Assembly: GCA_965279035.1 (NCBI GenBank)
Contig: OZ257142.1
Coordinates: 3,168,001-3,232,000 of the forward strand
Origin: Bacteroidia bacterium
Lineage (GTDB): Bacteria; Bacteroidota; Bacteroidia; M30B66
DNA length: 64,000 nt
Reading direction: 5' to 3'
Shown one piece after another: positions 1 through 9,826 of the stretch. The position numbers and the translations under genes are program-made. Numbering within the stretch: the stretch's first letter is position 1; each line of letters opens with the position of its first letter. The notes below the pieces were generated by a model. That model was not told the DNA's origin. It did not search any database and saw only the letters and a program-made list of their open reading frames with translations.

Positions 1-88
1 TGAACCAGTTGTTGAAGCACCGGTTGCTGAAGCTCCTGCAGCTGAAGAAGCACCAGCTGCTGAAGAAGAAAAACCAGCTGCTGAATAA
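1..88 (+). CDS. rpsP: 3' end of 30S ribosomal protein S16 (acidic Ala/Glu/Pro-rich tail), partial
   Basis: Frame from nt 2 reads EPVVEAPVAEAPAAEEAPAAEEEKPAAE-TAA(86-88). It lies directly upstream of rimM, and long A/E/P tails are typical of Bacteroidota S16. The S16 core is outside the window. Confidence 0.75.
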   Translation, partial: EPVVEAPVAEAPAAEEAPAAEEEKPAAE

Positions 89-103
89 TTGAATTTCTGA
101 CTC

Positions 104-634
104 ATGAAGCAGGAACAGTGTTTTCAGCTCGGAGTCTTTACTCGGAAAGTAGGAACCGATGGCAGATTAGGTCTGCAACTCGATACCGATCAACCCGAAG
201 CTTATATTAAAACGGAATCAGTCTTTGTGGAACTCCACGGGAAACTGGTTCCGTTTTTCGTTTTATCATTTCGACTTCAACCATCTAACACAGCGCACGT
301 TAAGCTCGAAGATGTTGATAATGCCGAACAAGCCGAATCGCTCATTGGAAGTGGTGTTTTCCTTCCACTTGAAAAGCTTCCTCCATTAAGCGGAACGAAT
401 TTCTACTACCACGAAGTGATTGGTTGGAAAATCCATGACCTTACTTCTGGAATCTCTGCCGGAATCATTAAAGATGTGCTCGAAAATGGTCCCAACGACC
501 TGTTTCAACTCACAAGCGATGGACAGGAAGTCCTCATTCCAGTTGCTGACGATTGGATAGTTTCAGTAGATCGTGAACTCGGAGTTATTACCATGAATTT
601 ACCTGAAGGACTTTTAGAAGTCAACCGGAAATAA
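104..634 (+). CDS. rimM: Ribosome maturation factor RimM
   Basis: 176 aa; N-terminal G..G.L motif, 'LPPLSGTNFYYHEVIG', PRC-barrel 'EVLIP', C-terminal 'LPEGLL'. Confidence 0.95.
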   Translation: MKQEQCFQLGVFTRKVGTDGRLGLQLDTDQPEAYIKTESVFVELHGKLVPFFVLSFRLQPSNTAHVKLEDVDNAEQAESLIGSGVFLPLEKLPPLSGTNFYYHEVIGWKIHDLTSGISAGIIKDVLENGPNDLFQLTSDGQEVLIPVADDWIVSVDRELGVITMNLPEGLLEVNRK

Positions 635-654
635 TTCATCAGCTGGAGTATCAG

Positions 655-1392
655 ATGTCCAACAGCTGGTTTCAATTCAAACAATTCAGAATCGAACAAG
701 ATAAATGTGCCATGAAAGTGGGCACCGACGGAGTCTTGCTTGGTGCTTGGGCTCCAGTTGAACAGGCAAAACGTGTTGTTGATTTAGGTTCTGGAACTGG
801 TATCATCACACTCATGATTGCTCAGCGATCTAAAGCGCGCATTACCGGAATCGAATCGGAAATGGATGCCGCAACGCAATCTGCTGAAAATTTTGTTCAA
901 TCTCCTTGGCCAGAACGACTTGAAAGTGTTTGGGCTGATGTGCATGAGATGAGCAATTTATGGGCTGGACAATTTGATTTAGTGGTGTGCAATCCTCCCT
1001 TTTTCCAAGGTCATGTTCGTCCATCAAATGCTCCACGAAATCAAGCAAGACATTTATTAAGTCCCAAGACAGAGATTAAGAAAACTTGGTTTGAAGCGGC
1101 TTACAAAATCACAAAAGAAACAGGGCGGGCAGCATTTATCTTTCCCTATGAGTTTGCAAATGAATGGCTCAGTGAAGCAATTGCAGCCGGTTGGCATGTA
1201 AAAATGAGAGTAAATGTTCGAGGACATGCGGGAAAAGAATTCAAACGCGTTTTAGTTCATTTAGTAAAGCAACCCTCAGAATTGATCGAAGAAGAACTGT
1301 GTATAGAAAGTGAAGAACGTTCTGTATACACCGCTGAATTTGGTCAATTGGTTAAGGATTTCTATTTAGATGCACGAATACAAACAAGCTGA
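655..1392 (+). CDS. trmN6: tRNA1(Val) (adenine37-N6)-methyltransferase
   Basis: 'FQFKQF.IEQDKCAMKVGTDGVLLGAW', SAM motif 'DLGSGTG', 'CNPPFF'. Confidence 0.92.
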   Translation: MSNSWFQFKQFRIEQDKCAMKVGTDGVLLGAWAPVEQAKRVVDLGSGTGIITLMIAQRSKARITGIESEMDAATQSAENFVQSPWPERLESVWADVHEMSNLWAGQFDLVVCNPPFFQGHVRPSNAPRNQARHLLSPKTEIKKTWFEAAYKITKETGRAAFIFPYEFANEWLSEAIAAGWHVKMRVNVRGHAGKEFKRVLVHLVKQPSELIEEELCIESEERSVYTAEFGQLVKDFYLDARIQTS

Positions 1393-1493
1393 AAAACCTG
1401 TTCAGAACCCCTAAAGCAATCGCTGAGATTACAGGATTTTCACTTAATTTCGCCGCCGATCCGGAACAAACCGGAGCTAAGCATATATTCCGA

Positions 1494-2885
1494 ATGAACT
1501 ACGATCTGATTGTAATAGGTAGCGGCCCGGGAGGCTATGTAGCTGCCATCCGTGCATCCCAATTGGGATTAAAAGTAGCGGTAGTTGAACGTGATGAACT
1601 AGGTGGAATCTGCCTCAATTGGGGATGTATTCCAACAAAAGCGCTATTGAAAAGTGCTCAAGTGTTTGAATATCTTCAACACGCTGCCGATTATGGAATC
1701 AAAATCAACGGTGCTGCTGAAGCTGATTTCGAAAGCATGGTTAAACGTAGTCGTGGCGTTGCCGATGGAATGAGTAAAGGCATTCAATTCCTCCTCAAGA
1801 AAAATAAAATCGATACCATCATCGGATTTGGAAAAATTACCAAAGACAAAAAAGTAGAAGTAAAAGGAGTTGATGGAAAAACTTCTCTTTATACAGCTAA
1901 AAGTATCGTACTTGCTACAGGTGCCCGCAGTCGCGAATTGCCGAATTTGAAACAAGACGGTAAAAAAATCATTGGTTATCGTCAAGCGATGACCTTAGCA
2001 AAGCAACCTAAATCTCTCGTTGTTGTTGGTTCGGGAGCGATTGGAATTGAGTTCGCTTATTTCTACAATGCTATTGGAACGAAAGTAACAGTGGTTGAAT
2101 TCCTACCGAATATTGTTCCGGTGGAAGATGAAGAAGTAAGCAAGCAATTGGAGCGTAGCTTGAAGAAATCGGGTATTTCCATTATGACTGATGCATCCGT
2201 TGAATCGGTTGATACGAGTTCGGATGTGCTGAAAGTGAAAGTAAAAACTAAAAAAGGAGAAGAAATTTTAGAGGCAGATGTTGTTTTATCGGCCGTTGGA
2301 ATTGTTTCGAATATCGAGAATATTGGTTTAGAAGAAGCAGGTGTAAAAACCGACAAAGGCAAAGTACTGGTAGATGATTTCTACAAAACCAACATCGATG
2401 GAATATACGCCATTGGTGATATTGTGAAAGGTCCAGCTTTGGCTCACGTTGCTTCTGCCGAAGGAATTATTTGTGTGGAGAAAATTGCAGGACATCATCC
2501 AGCTCCACTTAATTATGGCAATATTCCGGGATGTACGTATTGCAGCCCCGAAATCGCTTCTGTTGGGATGACCGAAAAAGCAGCTCGTGAAGCAGGTTAT
2601 GAAATCAAAGTGGGGAAATTCCCATTCTCGGCTTCTGGTAAAGCTTCTGCTGCTAGTTCAAAAGATGGCTTTGTGAAAGTGATTTTCGATGCTAAATATG
2701 GCGAATGGCTAGGTTGTCACATGATTGGTGCTAACGTAACCGAAATGATTGCAGAAGCTGTTGTTGCTCGTAACTTAGAAACTACCGGACACGAAATTAT
2801 TAAGAGTGTTCATCCGCATCCAACGATGTCGGAAGCCATTATGGAAGCCGCAGCTGCTGCTTACGGAGAAGTCATTCACCTTTAA
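1494..2885 (+). CDS. lpdA: Dihydrolipoyl dehydrogenase (E3)
   Basis: GSGPGG FAD motif, redox 'GGICLNWGCIPTK', C-terminal 'HPHPTMSE'. Confidence 0.97.
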   Translation: MNYDLIVIGSGPGGYVAAIRASQLGLKVAVVERDELGGICLNWGCIPTKALLKSAQVFEYLQHAADYGIKINGAAEADFESMVKRSRGVADGMSKGIQFLLKKNKIDTIIGFGKITKDKKVEVKGVDGKTSLYTAKSIVLATGARSRELPNLKQDGKKIIGYRQAMTLAKQPKSLVVVGSGAIGIEFAYFYNAIGTKVTVVEFLPNIVPVEDEEVSKQLERSLKKSGISIMTDASVESVDTSSDVLKVKVKTKKGEEILEADVVLSAVGIVSNIENIGLEEAGVKTDKGKVLVDDFYKTNIDGIYAIGDIVKGPALAHVASAEGIICVEKIAGHHPAPLNYGNIPGCTYCSPEIASVGMTEKAAREAGYEIKVGKFPFSASGKASAASSKDGFVKVIFDAKYGEWLGCHMIGANVTEMIAEAVVARNLETTGHEIIKSVHPHPTMSEAIMEAAAAAYGEVIHL

Positions 2886-2890
2886 TTTCT

Positions 2891-2920
2891 AAAAGCCTCG
2901 ATTTCGATCGGGGCTTTTTT
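2891..2920 (+). terminator. Intrinsic terminator after lpdA
   Basis: AAAAGCCTCGAT-TTCG-ATCGGGGCTTTTTT hairpin with U-tract. Confidence 0.75.
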
Positions 2921-2924
2921 CTAT

Positions 2925-4814
2925 ATGTGCGGAATTAGCGGATACTATGCTTTTACCCCAAAAGGGAAAGAACAATTGCAACATATTGATGCTTCAGTTG
3001 CTGCTCTCGCTTTGCGTGGACCTGACGGCTCTGGTATTTTTAAAAATAATTCAGTTGCATTAGGACATGCACGATTATCCATTATTGATGTCAGTAATGC
3101 TGCATCGCAGCCATTTACCGATGATTCAGGTCGATGGACAATTGTGTTTAATGGAGAATTTTTCAATTTCCAAGAACATCGTGAAGCACTTTTAAAATCC
3201 GGACAAGCCTTTCGATCTACAAGTGATACAGAGGTTTTGTTGTATCTCTACATTCGGGAGAAAGAAGCCTGTTTGCATAAAGTCAATGGGTTCTTCGCAT
3301 TTGCGGTGTATGACAACCAAACTGAAGAACTGTTTATTGCACGCGATCGTTATGGTGAAAAGCCTTTGTTGATCGCTCAAACCGAAGATGGGATTGGTTT
3401 TGCTTCGGAAATGAAGTCCTTGTTGGCCTTCGAATGGCCTCGAAAAATCGACAATGAAGCTGCTCGTCAGTATTTTCACCTCAATTACATTCCGGGACCT
3501 GAAAGCATTTTTGAATCGGTAAAAAAGCTGCAACCTGGATCTTGGATGCGCTTGAATGGTAGTAAAATAGAGCAAAAAAACTGGTACAACTTCCCTCCTG
3601 CTCCATCAAAAAATGAAGCTTCATCTGATTATGCTTCATCACAAAAAGAATTGATAAAACTATTGGATGCAGCCGTTGAACGTCGTCTCATTTCGGACGT
3701 TCCTTTAGGTGCTTTTCTCAGCGGAGGTATAGATTCTTCGGTTGTTGTAGCCTTGGCTTCTCGTCACACGAATCACTTGAATACCTTTTCGATTGGTTAC
3801 AAAGACGAACCACTTTTCGACGAAACGAAATATGCTCGATTGGTGGTGGATCGGTATAAAACCAATCATACCGTGTTTTCCTTAAGCAACGAAGATTTGT
3901 TTAAGCATCTACATGATGTGTTAGATTATATCGATGAACCCTTTGCTGATTCATCAGCCCTCGCGGTTTACATTTTAAGTAAGGAAACTCGGAAACATGT
4001 TACTGTGGCTTTGTCGGGCGATGGAGCGGATGAATTATTTGGAGGTTATCGAAAACATTCGGCTGAATGGAAAATGCGACAAGGAGGTTTAGCTGCCAAT
4101 GCAGTGAGGCTTTTGGGTCCAGTTTGGAATGTACTTCCTAAATCGCGTAACAGTAAATTGGGTGATATAGCTCGAAAGCTGCAGAAATTTAGCGAAGGAG
4201 CAAATTTGAGTTCGCAAGAACGTTATTGGCGTTGGTGCGGATATGCAGATGAAGCCTATCTAAGCAATTTGTGGGCTGGACCTTTCAATCAACAAAAAGG
4301 AGAGGAATACAAAAGAAATCACCTGAGTTCAATTGGAATCACTGGCGATATGAACGATATGTTGAGAAGTGATATGCAATTAGTGCTTCCGGGGGATATG
4401 TTGACGAAAGTGGATTTAATGTCGATGGCGAATAGCTTGGAAGTGCGCGCTCCATTTTTGGATGTTGAAGTAGTTGATTTTGCGATGCGTTTACCTGCTG
4501 ATTATAAGATTTCTGGAGCAGGACGTAAGCGAATTGTTCAGGATGCTTTTCGTTCGATGTTGCCCGAAGAATTATACAATCGCCCCAAACATGGATTTGA
4601 AGTTCCATTATTATCTTGGTTTAGAAACGAATTAAATTCTTGGATTTTTGGAGAATTACTTTCCACTCAACTACTTAAGGAACAGGGACTTTTCCACCAT
4701 TCAGCCATTGAATCATTGAAAAAACAACTTCACTCATCTGATCCAGGAGATTCGACAGCTCGTATTTGGGCTTTAATCGTATTTCAATCTTGGTGGATTA
4801 AGCGAATGAAATAG
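2925..4814 (+). CDS. asnB: Asparagine synthase (glutamine-hydrolysing)-family amidotransferase, probably polysaccharide-associated
   Basis: N-terminal MCGI Ntn motif, 'RGPD', 'LSGGIDSS', 'LSGDGADELFGGY', 'LEVRAPFLD'; lies in a polysaccharide cluster. Confidence 0.92.
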   Translation: MCGISGYYAFTPKGKEQLQHIDASVAALALRGPDGSGIFKNNSVALGHARLSIIDVSNAASQPFTDDSGRWTIVFNGEFFNFQEHREALLKSGQAFRSTSDTEVLLYLYIREKEACLHKVNGFFAFAVYDNQTEELFIARDRYGEKPLLIAQTEDGIGFASEMKSLLAFEWPRKIDNEAARQYFHLNYIPGPESIFESVKKLQPGSWMRLNGSKIEQKNWYNFPPAPSKNEASSDYASSQKELIKLLDAAVERRLISDVPLGAFLSGGIDSSVVVALASRHTNHLNTFSIGYKDEPLFDETKYARLVVDRYKTNHTVFSLSNEDLFKHLHDVLDYIDEPFADSSALAVYILSKETRKHVTVALSGDGADELFGGYRKHSAEWKMRQGGLAANAVRLLGPVWNVLPKSRNSKLGDIARKLQKFSEGANLSSQERYWRWCGYADEAYLSNLWAGPFNQQKGEEYKRNHLSSIGITGDMNDMLRSDMQLVLPGDMLTKVDLMSMANSLEVRAPFLDVEVVDFAMRLPADYKISGAGRKRIVQDAFRSMLPEELYNRPKHGFEVPLLSWFRNELNSWIFGELLSTQLLKEQGLFHHSAIESLKKQLHSSDPGDSTARIWALIVFQSWWIKRMK

Positions 4815-4846
4815 ATACATTTGAGCCCGCCTAAGCTCAACCACTT

Positions 4847-6052
4847 ATGCCCAAAATATTAAGGATAATAAATCGTTTCAATCTCGGGGGACCAACATAC
4901 AATGCTGCGTATTTATCGCGGTATATGCCATCCGAATTTGAAACTTTATTGGTAGGTGGAGAGAAAGACGATTCGGAGGATAGTTCCGAATTCATTGTGA
5001 AAAATTTAGGATTAGACCCGATTATCATTCCCGAAATGAAGCGGGAGATTGACTTGAAAAACGACTTCGAGGCGTATCGCAAAATGGTCAAGTTGATTCA
5101 AGATTTCAAACCTGACATTGTTCATACACACGCATCTAAAGCAGGTACAATTGGTCGATTAGCGGCTGCGAATATGAATGTACCGGTGATTATACATACG
5201 TTTCACGGTCATGTTTTCCATTCGTATTTCGGGAAGATGAAAACGGTGATGTACAAAAACATCGAACGAAATTTGGCGCGTCGTAGTTCTACAATCATTG
5301 CTATTAGTGAAAAACAAAAGACAGAATTGTGTTTGATTCATCGAATTTGCAAACCAGAAAAGATTCGGGTAGTTCCGCTGGGATTTGATTTATCACGTTT
5401 CACTGAGAATATGGAGGAGAAACGCAAGTCATTTCGCCAACGGTATCATTTAGCAGATGATGAAATAGCGGTTGGAATTATTGGACGATTAGTGCCAATT
5501 AAAAACCATAAACTGTTTGTAGATGCTTGCAAAATTGTGCTTGAGCAAACAAAAAATAAGGTTCGTTTTTTCATAATTGGTGATGGGGAAGATCGATTAA
5601 ACATTGAGGCAATGGCACGAGGAGCTGGAATTCCATTTGTGGATGCTATGCTTAGTAATGATAAAGCACCACTTACTTTCACTTCGTGGATAAAAGACAT
5701 TGATGTAGCTTGTGCTGGATTGGATATTATCGCTCTAACTTCTTTAAATGAAGGAACTCCAGTAAGTTTGATTGAAGCTCAAGCAGCAAATAAACCGATA
5801 GTTACTACCAATGTAGGTGGAATCGAAAATGTGGTTATCGAAGGGATTACAGCATTGTTATCACATTCGAAAACCGACCCAAAACAGTTTGCAGAACTCC
5901 TATTGCGTTTAACTGAAAATGCAGAATTACGTTTGGAAATGTCGCGTGTTGGTTGGGAACATGTGAAAAATAAATTCCATTATACACGATTGGTAAGAGA
6001 CATGACAGAGCTCTATTATGAATTACTGGAAACTGCGTCAGCAAAGGAATAA
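4847..6052 (+). CDS. GT4-family glycosyltransferase
   Basis: 'VHTHASKAG', 'GRLVPIKNH', 'EGTPVSLIEA' (E-X7-E) GT-B signature. Confidence 0.9.
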   Translation: MPKILRIINRFNLGGPTYNAAYLSRYMPSEFETLLVGGEKDDSEDSSEFIVKNLGLDPIIIPEMKREIDLKNDFEAYRKMVKLIQDFKPDIVHTHASKAGTIGRLAAANMNVPVIIHTFHGHVFHSYFGKMKTVMYKNIERNLARRSSTIIAISEKQKTELCLIHRICKPEKIRVVPLGFDLSRFTENMEEKRKSFRQRYHLADDEIAVGIIGRLVPIKNHKLFVDACKIVLEQTKNKVRFFIIGDGEDRLNIEAMARGAGIPFVDAMLSNDKAPLTFTSWIKDIDVACAGLDIIALTSLNEGTPVSLIEAQAANKPIVTTNVGGIENVVIEGITALLSHSKTDPKQFAELLLRLTENAELRLEMSRVGWEHVKNKFHYTRLVRDMTELYYELLETASAKE

Positions 6053-6093
6053 CCGAATAGTATTCTAGGATTTTTTTAGTAGCTTTGTAGTCG

Positions 6094-6837
6094 ATGAGAC
6101 CCATTCTAAGCCCTTATTCAGCTTTCCTTTTCTCTCTTATTTCTTTGATTCTGTTATCTTCATGCAATAACAGATCAATCATGTTTAAGACAAAAAGAAA
6201 TTATAAGTACGATGATCTGGCGAGTATTCCTGATAACAGAGAATATAAAATCATGAAGAATGATGAAGTAGCAATTCAATTGTCACCCAATAAAGGGGCA
6301 GTTGAAATTGGTTCTACGAGTTCTACAACAATCATGATTAAAGCTGCCGTTGAATTTGACGGAACAATTAAAATTCCTATTCTGGGAAGATTATCGATAA
6401 TAAATCTTTCAGTACGTGAAGCTGAGTTGATGTTGGAAGAACGTTTCAAAGAATTTTATATCGATCCCTTTGTTAAGCTTAGTGTATCTAACAAAAGAGT
6501 CATTCTTTTCCCTGGAAGTAGCGGTGCTGCTAGGGTTGTAACACTTCAAAATCAAAATACAACCTTAACAGAAGTCATTGCGCTTAGTGGAGGTATTACT
6601 GGAAATGCGAAAGCACATCGAGTTAAATTAATTCGAGGAGAACCCTCAAACCCTCAAATTTATTTGATCGATTTATCAACTATTGAGGGAATGAAAGCGG
6701 GGAATATTGTGTTGCAAGGAAATGATATTGTTTATATAGAACCTGTGAATGATTACATAGTGAATTTCACCAGTAGAATTTCGGTGTATTTTACTACATT
6801 GAATTTGTTTGTAATCTTATACAGCATATTAAAATAA
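6094..6837 (+). CDS. wza: Polysaccharide export outer-membrane lipoprotein (Wza-like)
   Basis: Lipobox 'LLSSC', Poly_export motif 'DGTIKIPILG', SLBB-like 'TLTEVIALSGG', 'LQGNDIVYIEP', C-terminal helix. Confidence 0.85.
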   Translation: MRPILSPYSAFLFSLISLILLSSCNNRSIMFKTKRNYKYDDLASIPDNREYKIMKNDEVAIQLSPNKGAVEIGSTSSTTIMIKAAVEFDGTIKIPILGRLSIINLSVREAELMLEERFKEFYIDPFVKLSVSNKRVILFPGSSGAARVVTLQNQNTTLTEVIALSGGITGNAKAHRVKLIRGEPSNPQIYLIDLSTIEGMKAGNIVLQGNDIVYIEPVNDYIVNFTSRISVYFTTLNLFVILYSILK

Positions 6838-6840
6838 CAA

Positions 6841-9258
6841 ATGGTCGAACGCAAAGTATCGAACATAAACGATGAATTCGACTTAAAATTATTTTTTAAG
6901 GTCGCTCGTAAAAACGCAGCTTGGATTGTGCTGTTTTTTATTATTTCTTTTTTGATGGCCTTTTTGTATTTACGATATACCTATCCTATTTATGAAGCCA
7001 AAACTATTATTCAAATCGGATTATCGAATTCAAATTCGAGAATGTTGCCTCAAGGTGAATTCACTGTAAAGAGTGATTTACCTAGTAAAGTTGAATTACT
7101 AAAATCGCCCACCTTTTTAAATCGAGTGTTTAATAAATTACCACTCGACATCATGTATTATCAAACGGGAAGCGTGTTAAATTATGAGATGTATAGAACA
7201 TCTCCATTTAATATCGAATACAAAAACCCAATAAACGAACTCTATAATTTACCTGTCTTTTTATCTTTCACCGACGAAAATAACATCTCTCTTTCGGTCA
7301 ATATCAACAATAAAGAAAATGTTTACCGAGTAAAATCCAACACCTGGGTTCGAATTCCAATTCTTGATTCAATGCGTGTTACAATCAGGAATTATGAGAA
7401 GATTCGTTCTGATATGAAGGGATTGAATGAACGACCTTATTATTTCGTTTTAGCTAAACGCGAAAATCTTGTACGAACATATTCAGCAAACTTAAACGTA
7501 ACAACCGAAAACGAACAAGCAGGAACAATTAAGCTAGTTTTTCACGAGCGTAATCCATCAAAAGCTGCTGATATATGTAATACAATTGCTGAAGAATTTA
7601 AAGCGTACGATATTGAAAAACAATCCGAAAGCTCTTTAAATACTATTAAGTTCGTTGATGAACAATTAAAATTAATCTATGATAAACTTTATGATAGTGA
7701 AGTTGATTTACAAGATTTTAAGACGAGAAATAAATTAAATGACGAAACTCCACTTCCCGATTTTAATTCTAGAATTAATGATTTAGAAACAAAACTGAAT
7801 AATCTTGAAATTGAGGAATCTGGATTAGAAACAATTCATCAAGCAGTTTCTGACAACCGAGATATTGACATATACAAATTAGTTTCCTTGCTCGCTGGAA
7901 CAAGTAATGTCACAAATATTTCGGGCATGTTGAACGAACTTCGGAATTTATTGTCCAAACAGGAGAATTTAAAATATTCCTACACTTCGAATTCATCTGC
8001 ATTTTCTCAATTGGAATATCAAATTCAAATTCAACGAAAACTGATTATTGAAACGATAATTGCCTATCAAAAAAATATTAACGATCAAAAACAAGAAATT
8101 AAAAATCGAGTTGAAAAATATGAGGATGAGGTTAGAAATAGCACTTTAAACTTTGATCGTATTGAATTTGTTCGACTTCAAAAATTGAATCAGATAAGTG
8201 AAAAGTACTATAACCGACTCGTTGAAATAAAATCTGAATTAACGATTTCGAATGCGGGATTGACTTCCGAAAATACAGTACTCGAAACTTCTTCTACACC
8301 AGCCTCTCCCTATTTTCCAAGTAGGAGAATTGTTGCTTTGAGTGCCTTTATTGGTTGGATTTTAGTGAGTTTAGGATTAGTCATTATTCGTTATTTATTT
8401 CATAACGAAATAACCTCACTCAACGAGATTATGAAGTATTTGGAAATCCCGATGTTGGGTATTGTTCCAAACTACAAAGATGTCATTCCAATTTCTCAAT
8501 TATTGGTTGATAAAAAACCGAAGTCTATTATTGCAGAATCATTGAGGTCGATTCGATCCAATTTGGAGTTTCTTTCTCATTCCGATGGTCCAAAAGTTCT
8601 AGCAATTACATCAACTATTTCGGGTGAAGGAAAAACGTTTGTAGCCTTAAATCTTGCCGGAATTATTGCCTTTTCTGAGAAAAAAGTAATCATTCTCGAT
8701 TTGGATATGCGCAAGCCAAAAATCCACGTTGGCTTTGGTGTACCTAACGATAAAGGAATGAGTACGATTCTCATCAACAGAAATTCAATTGATGAATGTA
8801 TTTTTAAATCCAGCTTAAATAACCTTGATTTTATTACAGCTGGCCCAGTTCCTCCAAATCCATCAGAACTAATTATTAGTTCTAAAATGCTCGATGTTAT
8901 TCAGGAATTGAAAACGAAATACGATGTAATAGTAATTGATAATCCGCCTGTTGGACTCGTAACGGACGGTATACGAATTATTAAATTGGCCGATTATCCA
9001 ATTTATGTTTTCCGTGAAAATTTCTCCAAAAGAAACTTCGTTCAAAATGTCAAAAAACTAATCCGTGATAATAATATTAAAAACATGTCTGTCATCTTAA
9101 ATTCAGTCGATATTAAACGATCTGGCTATGGATACAGTGGTGTTTATGATTATGACTACGGATACGGTTACGGTTATGGTTTTGGGTATTATGATGAGGA
9201 TATTCGCCGTGAGAAATTTAGTATCAAAGAATTCTTCCGAAAAATGATCAGCAAATAA
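6841..9258 (+). CDS. wzc: Polysaccharide co-polymerase / BY-kinase (Wzc-like)
   Basis: Two TM segments flanking a coiled coil, Walker A 'SGEGKT', 'DLDMRKP', 'VIDNPP', C-terminal Tyr cluster GYGYSGVYDYDYGYGYGYGFGYY. Confidence 0.93.
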   Translation: MVERKVSNINDEFDLKLFFKVARKNAAWIVLFFIISFLMAFLYLRYTYPIYEAKTIIQIGLSNSNSRMLPQGEFTVKSDLPSKVELLKSPTFLNRVFNKLPLDIMYYQTGSVLNYEMYRTSPFNIEYKNPINELYNLPVFLSFTDENNISLSVNINNKENVYRVKSNTWVRIPILDSMRVTIRNYEKIRSDMKGLNERPYYFVLAKRENLVRTYSANLNVTTENEQAGTIKLVFHERNPSKAADICNTIAEEFKAYDIEKQSESSLNTIKFVDEQLKLIYDKLYDSEVDLQDFKTRNKLNDETPLPDFNSRINDLETKLNNLEIEESGLETIHQAVSDNRDIDIYKLVSLLAGTSNVTNISGMLNELRNLLSKQENLKYSYTSNSSAFSQLEYQIQIQRKLIIETIIAYQKNINDQKQEIKNRVEKYEDEVRNSTLNFDRIEFVRLQKLNQISEKYYNRLVEIKSELTISNAGLTSENTVLETSSTPASPYFPSRRIVALSAFIGWILVSLGLVIIRYLFHNEITSLNEIMKYLEIPMLGIVPNYKDVIPISQLLVDKKPKSIIAESLRSIRSNLEFLSHSDGPKVLAITSTISGEGKTFVALNLAGIIAFSEKKVIILDLDMRKPKIHVGFGVPNDKGMSTILINRNSIDECIFKSSLNNLDFITAGPVPPNPSELIISSKMLDVIQELKTKYDVIVIDNPPVGLVTDGIRIIKLADYPIYVFRENFSKRNFVQNVKKLIRDNNIKNMSVILNSVDIKRSGYGYSGVYDYDYGYGYGYGFGYYDEDIRREKFSIKEFFRKMISK

Positions 9259-9260
9259 GT

Positions 9261-9812
9261 ATGAAACTCGACGAAGTAAAAATTCCTGGTTTAAAAGTTA
9301 TTTCTCCAAATGTTTTCGAAGATCCACGTGGATATTTCTTCGAATCATACAGTAAAAAATCATTTGAAGAAGCTGGTATTGCTGAAGAATTCGTTCAATC
9401 CAATCAAAGCCTTTCTCAAAAAGGGGTTTTAAGAGGTTTGCATTTCCAACATCCACCTCATGCGCAATCTAAATTAGTTCGAGTAATTAAAGGTTCTGTT
9501 TTAGATGTTGTAGTTGATATTCGTAAAGGATCGCCTTGTTATGGTCAACATTTTACCATTGTATTGAGTGAACAAAACAAACTCATGTTTTACATCCCAA
9601 CAGGTTTTGCTCATGGCTTTCTTACATTAGAAGATAATACCATTTTCTCCTATAAATGCGGAAACTATTATCATAAAGCCGCTGAAGATGGAATTCTTTG
9701 GAACGACAAAACACTCAATATTGATTGGAATATTCAAGATCCAATTCTTTCAGAAAAAGATAAACTCAACACCCTTTTTTCTGATTTTCAATCTCCATTT
9801 ACCTTCTCATAA
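9261..9812 (+). CDS. rfbC: dTDP-4-dehydrorhamnose 3,5-epimerase
   Basis: 'DPRGYFFESY', 'GVLRGLHFQ', 'GFAHGF', 'LSEKD'. Confidence 0.95.
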   Translation: MKLDEVKIPGLKVISPNVFEDPRGYFFESYSKKSFEEAGIAEEFVQSNQSLSQKGVLRGLHFQHPPHAQSKLVRVIKGSVLDVVVDIRKGSPCYGQHFTIVLSEQNKLMFYIPTGFAHGFLTLEDNTIFSYKCGNYYHKAAEDGILWNDKTLNIDWNIQDPILSEKDKLNTLFSDFQSPFTFS

Positions 9813-9826
9813 ACATTAGAATACCA

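Noticed and set aside
1-88. GCTGAAGAAG-type repeats
   Set aside because: Explained by the A/E/P-rich C-terminal tail of S16
9120-9195. GGx-TAy low-complexity repeat as a contingency locus
   Set aside because: It encodes the normal Wzc tyrosine cluster with mixed codons and is not a perfect SSR
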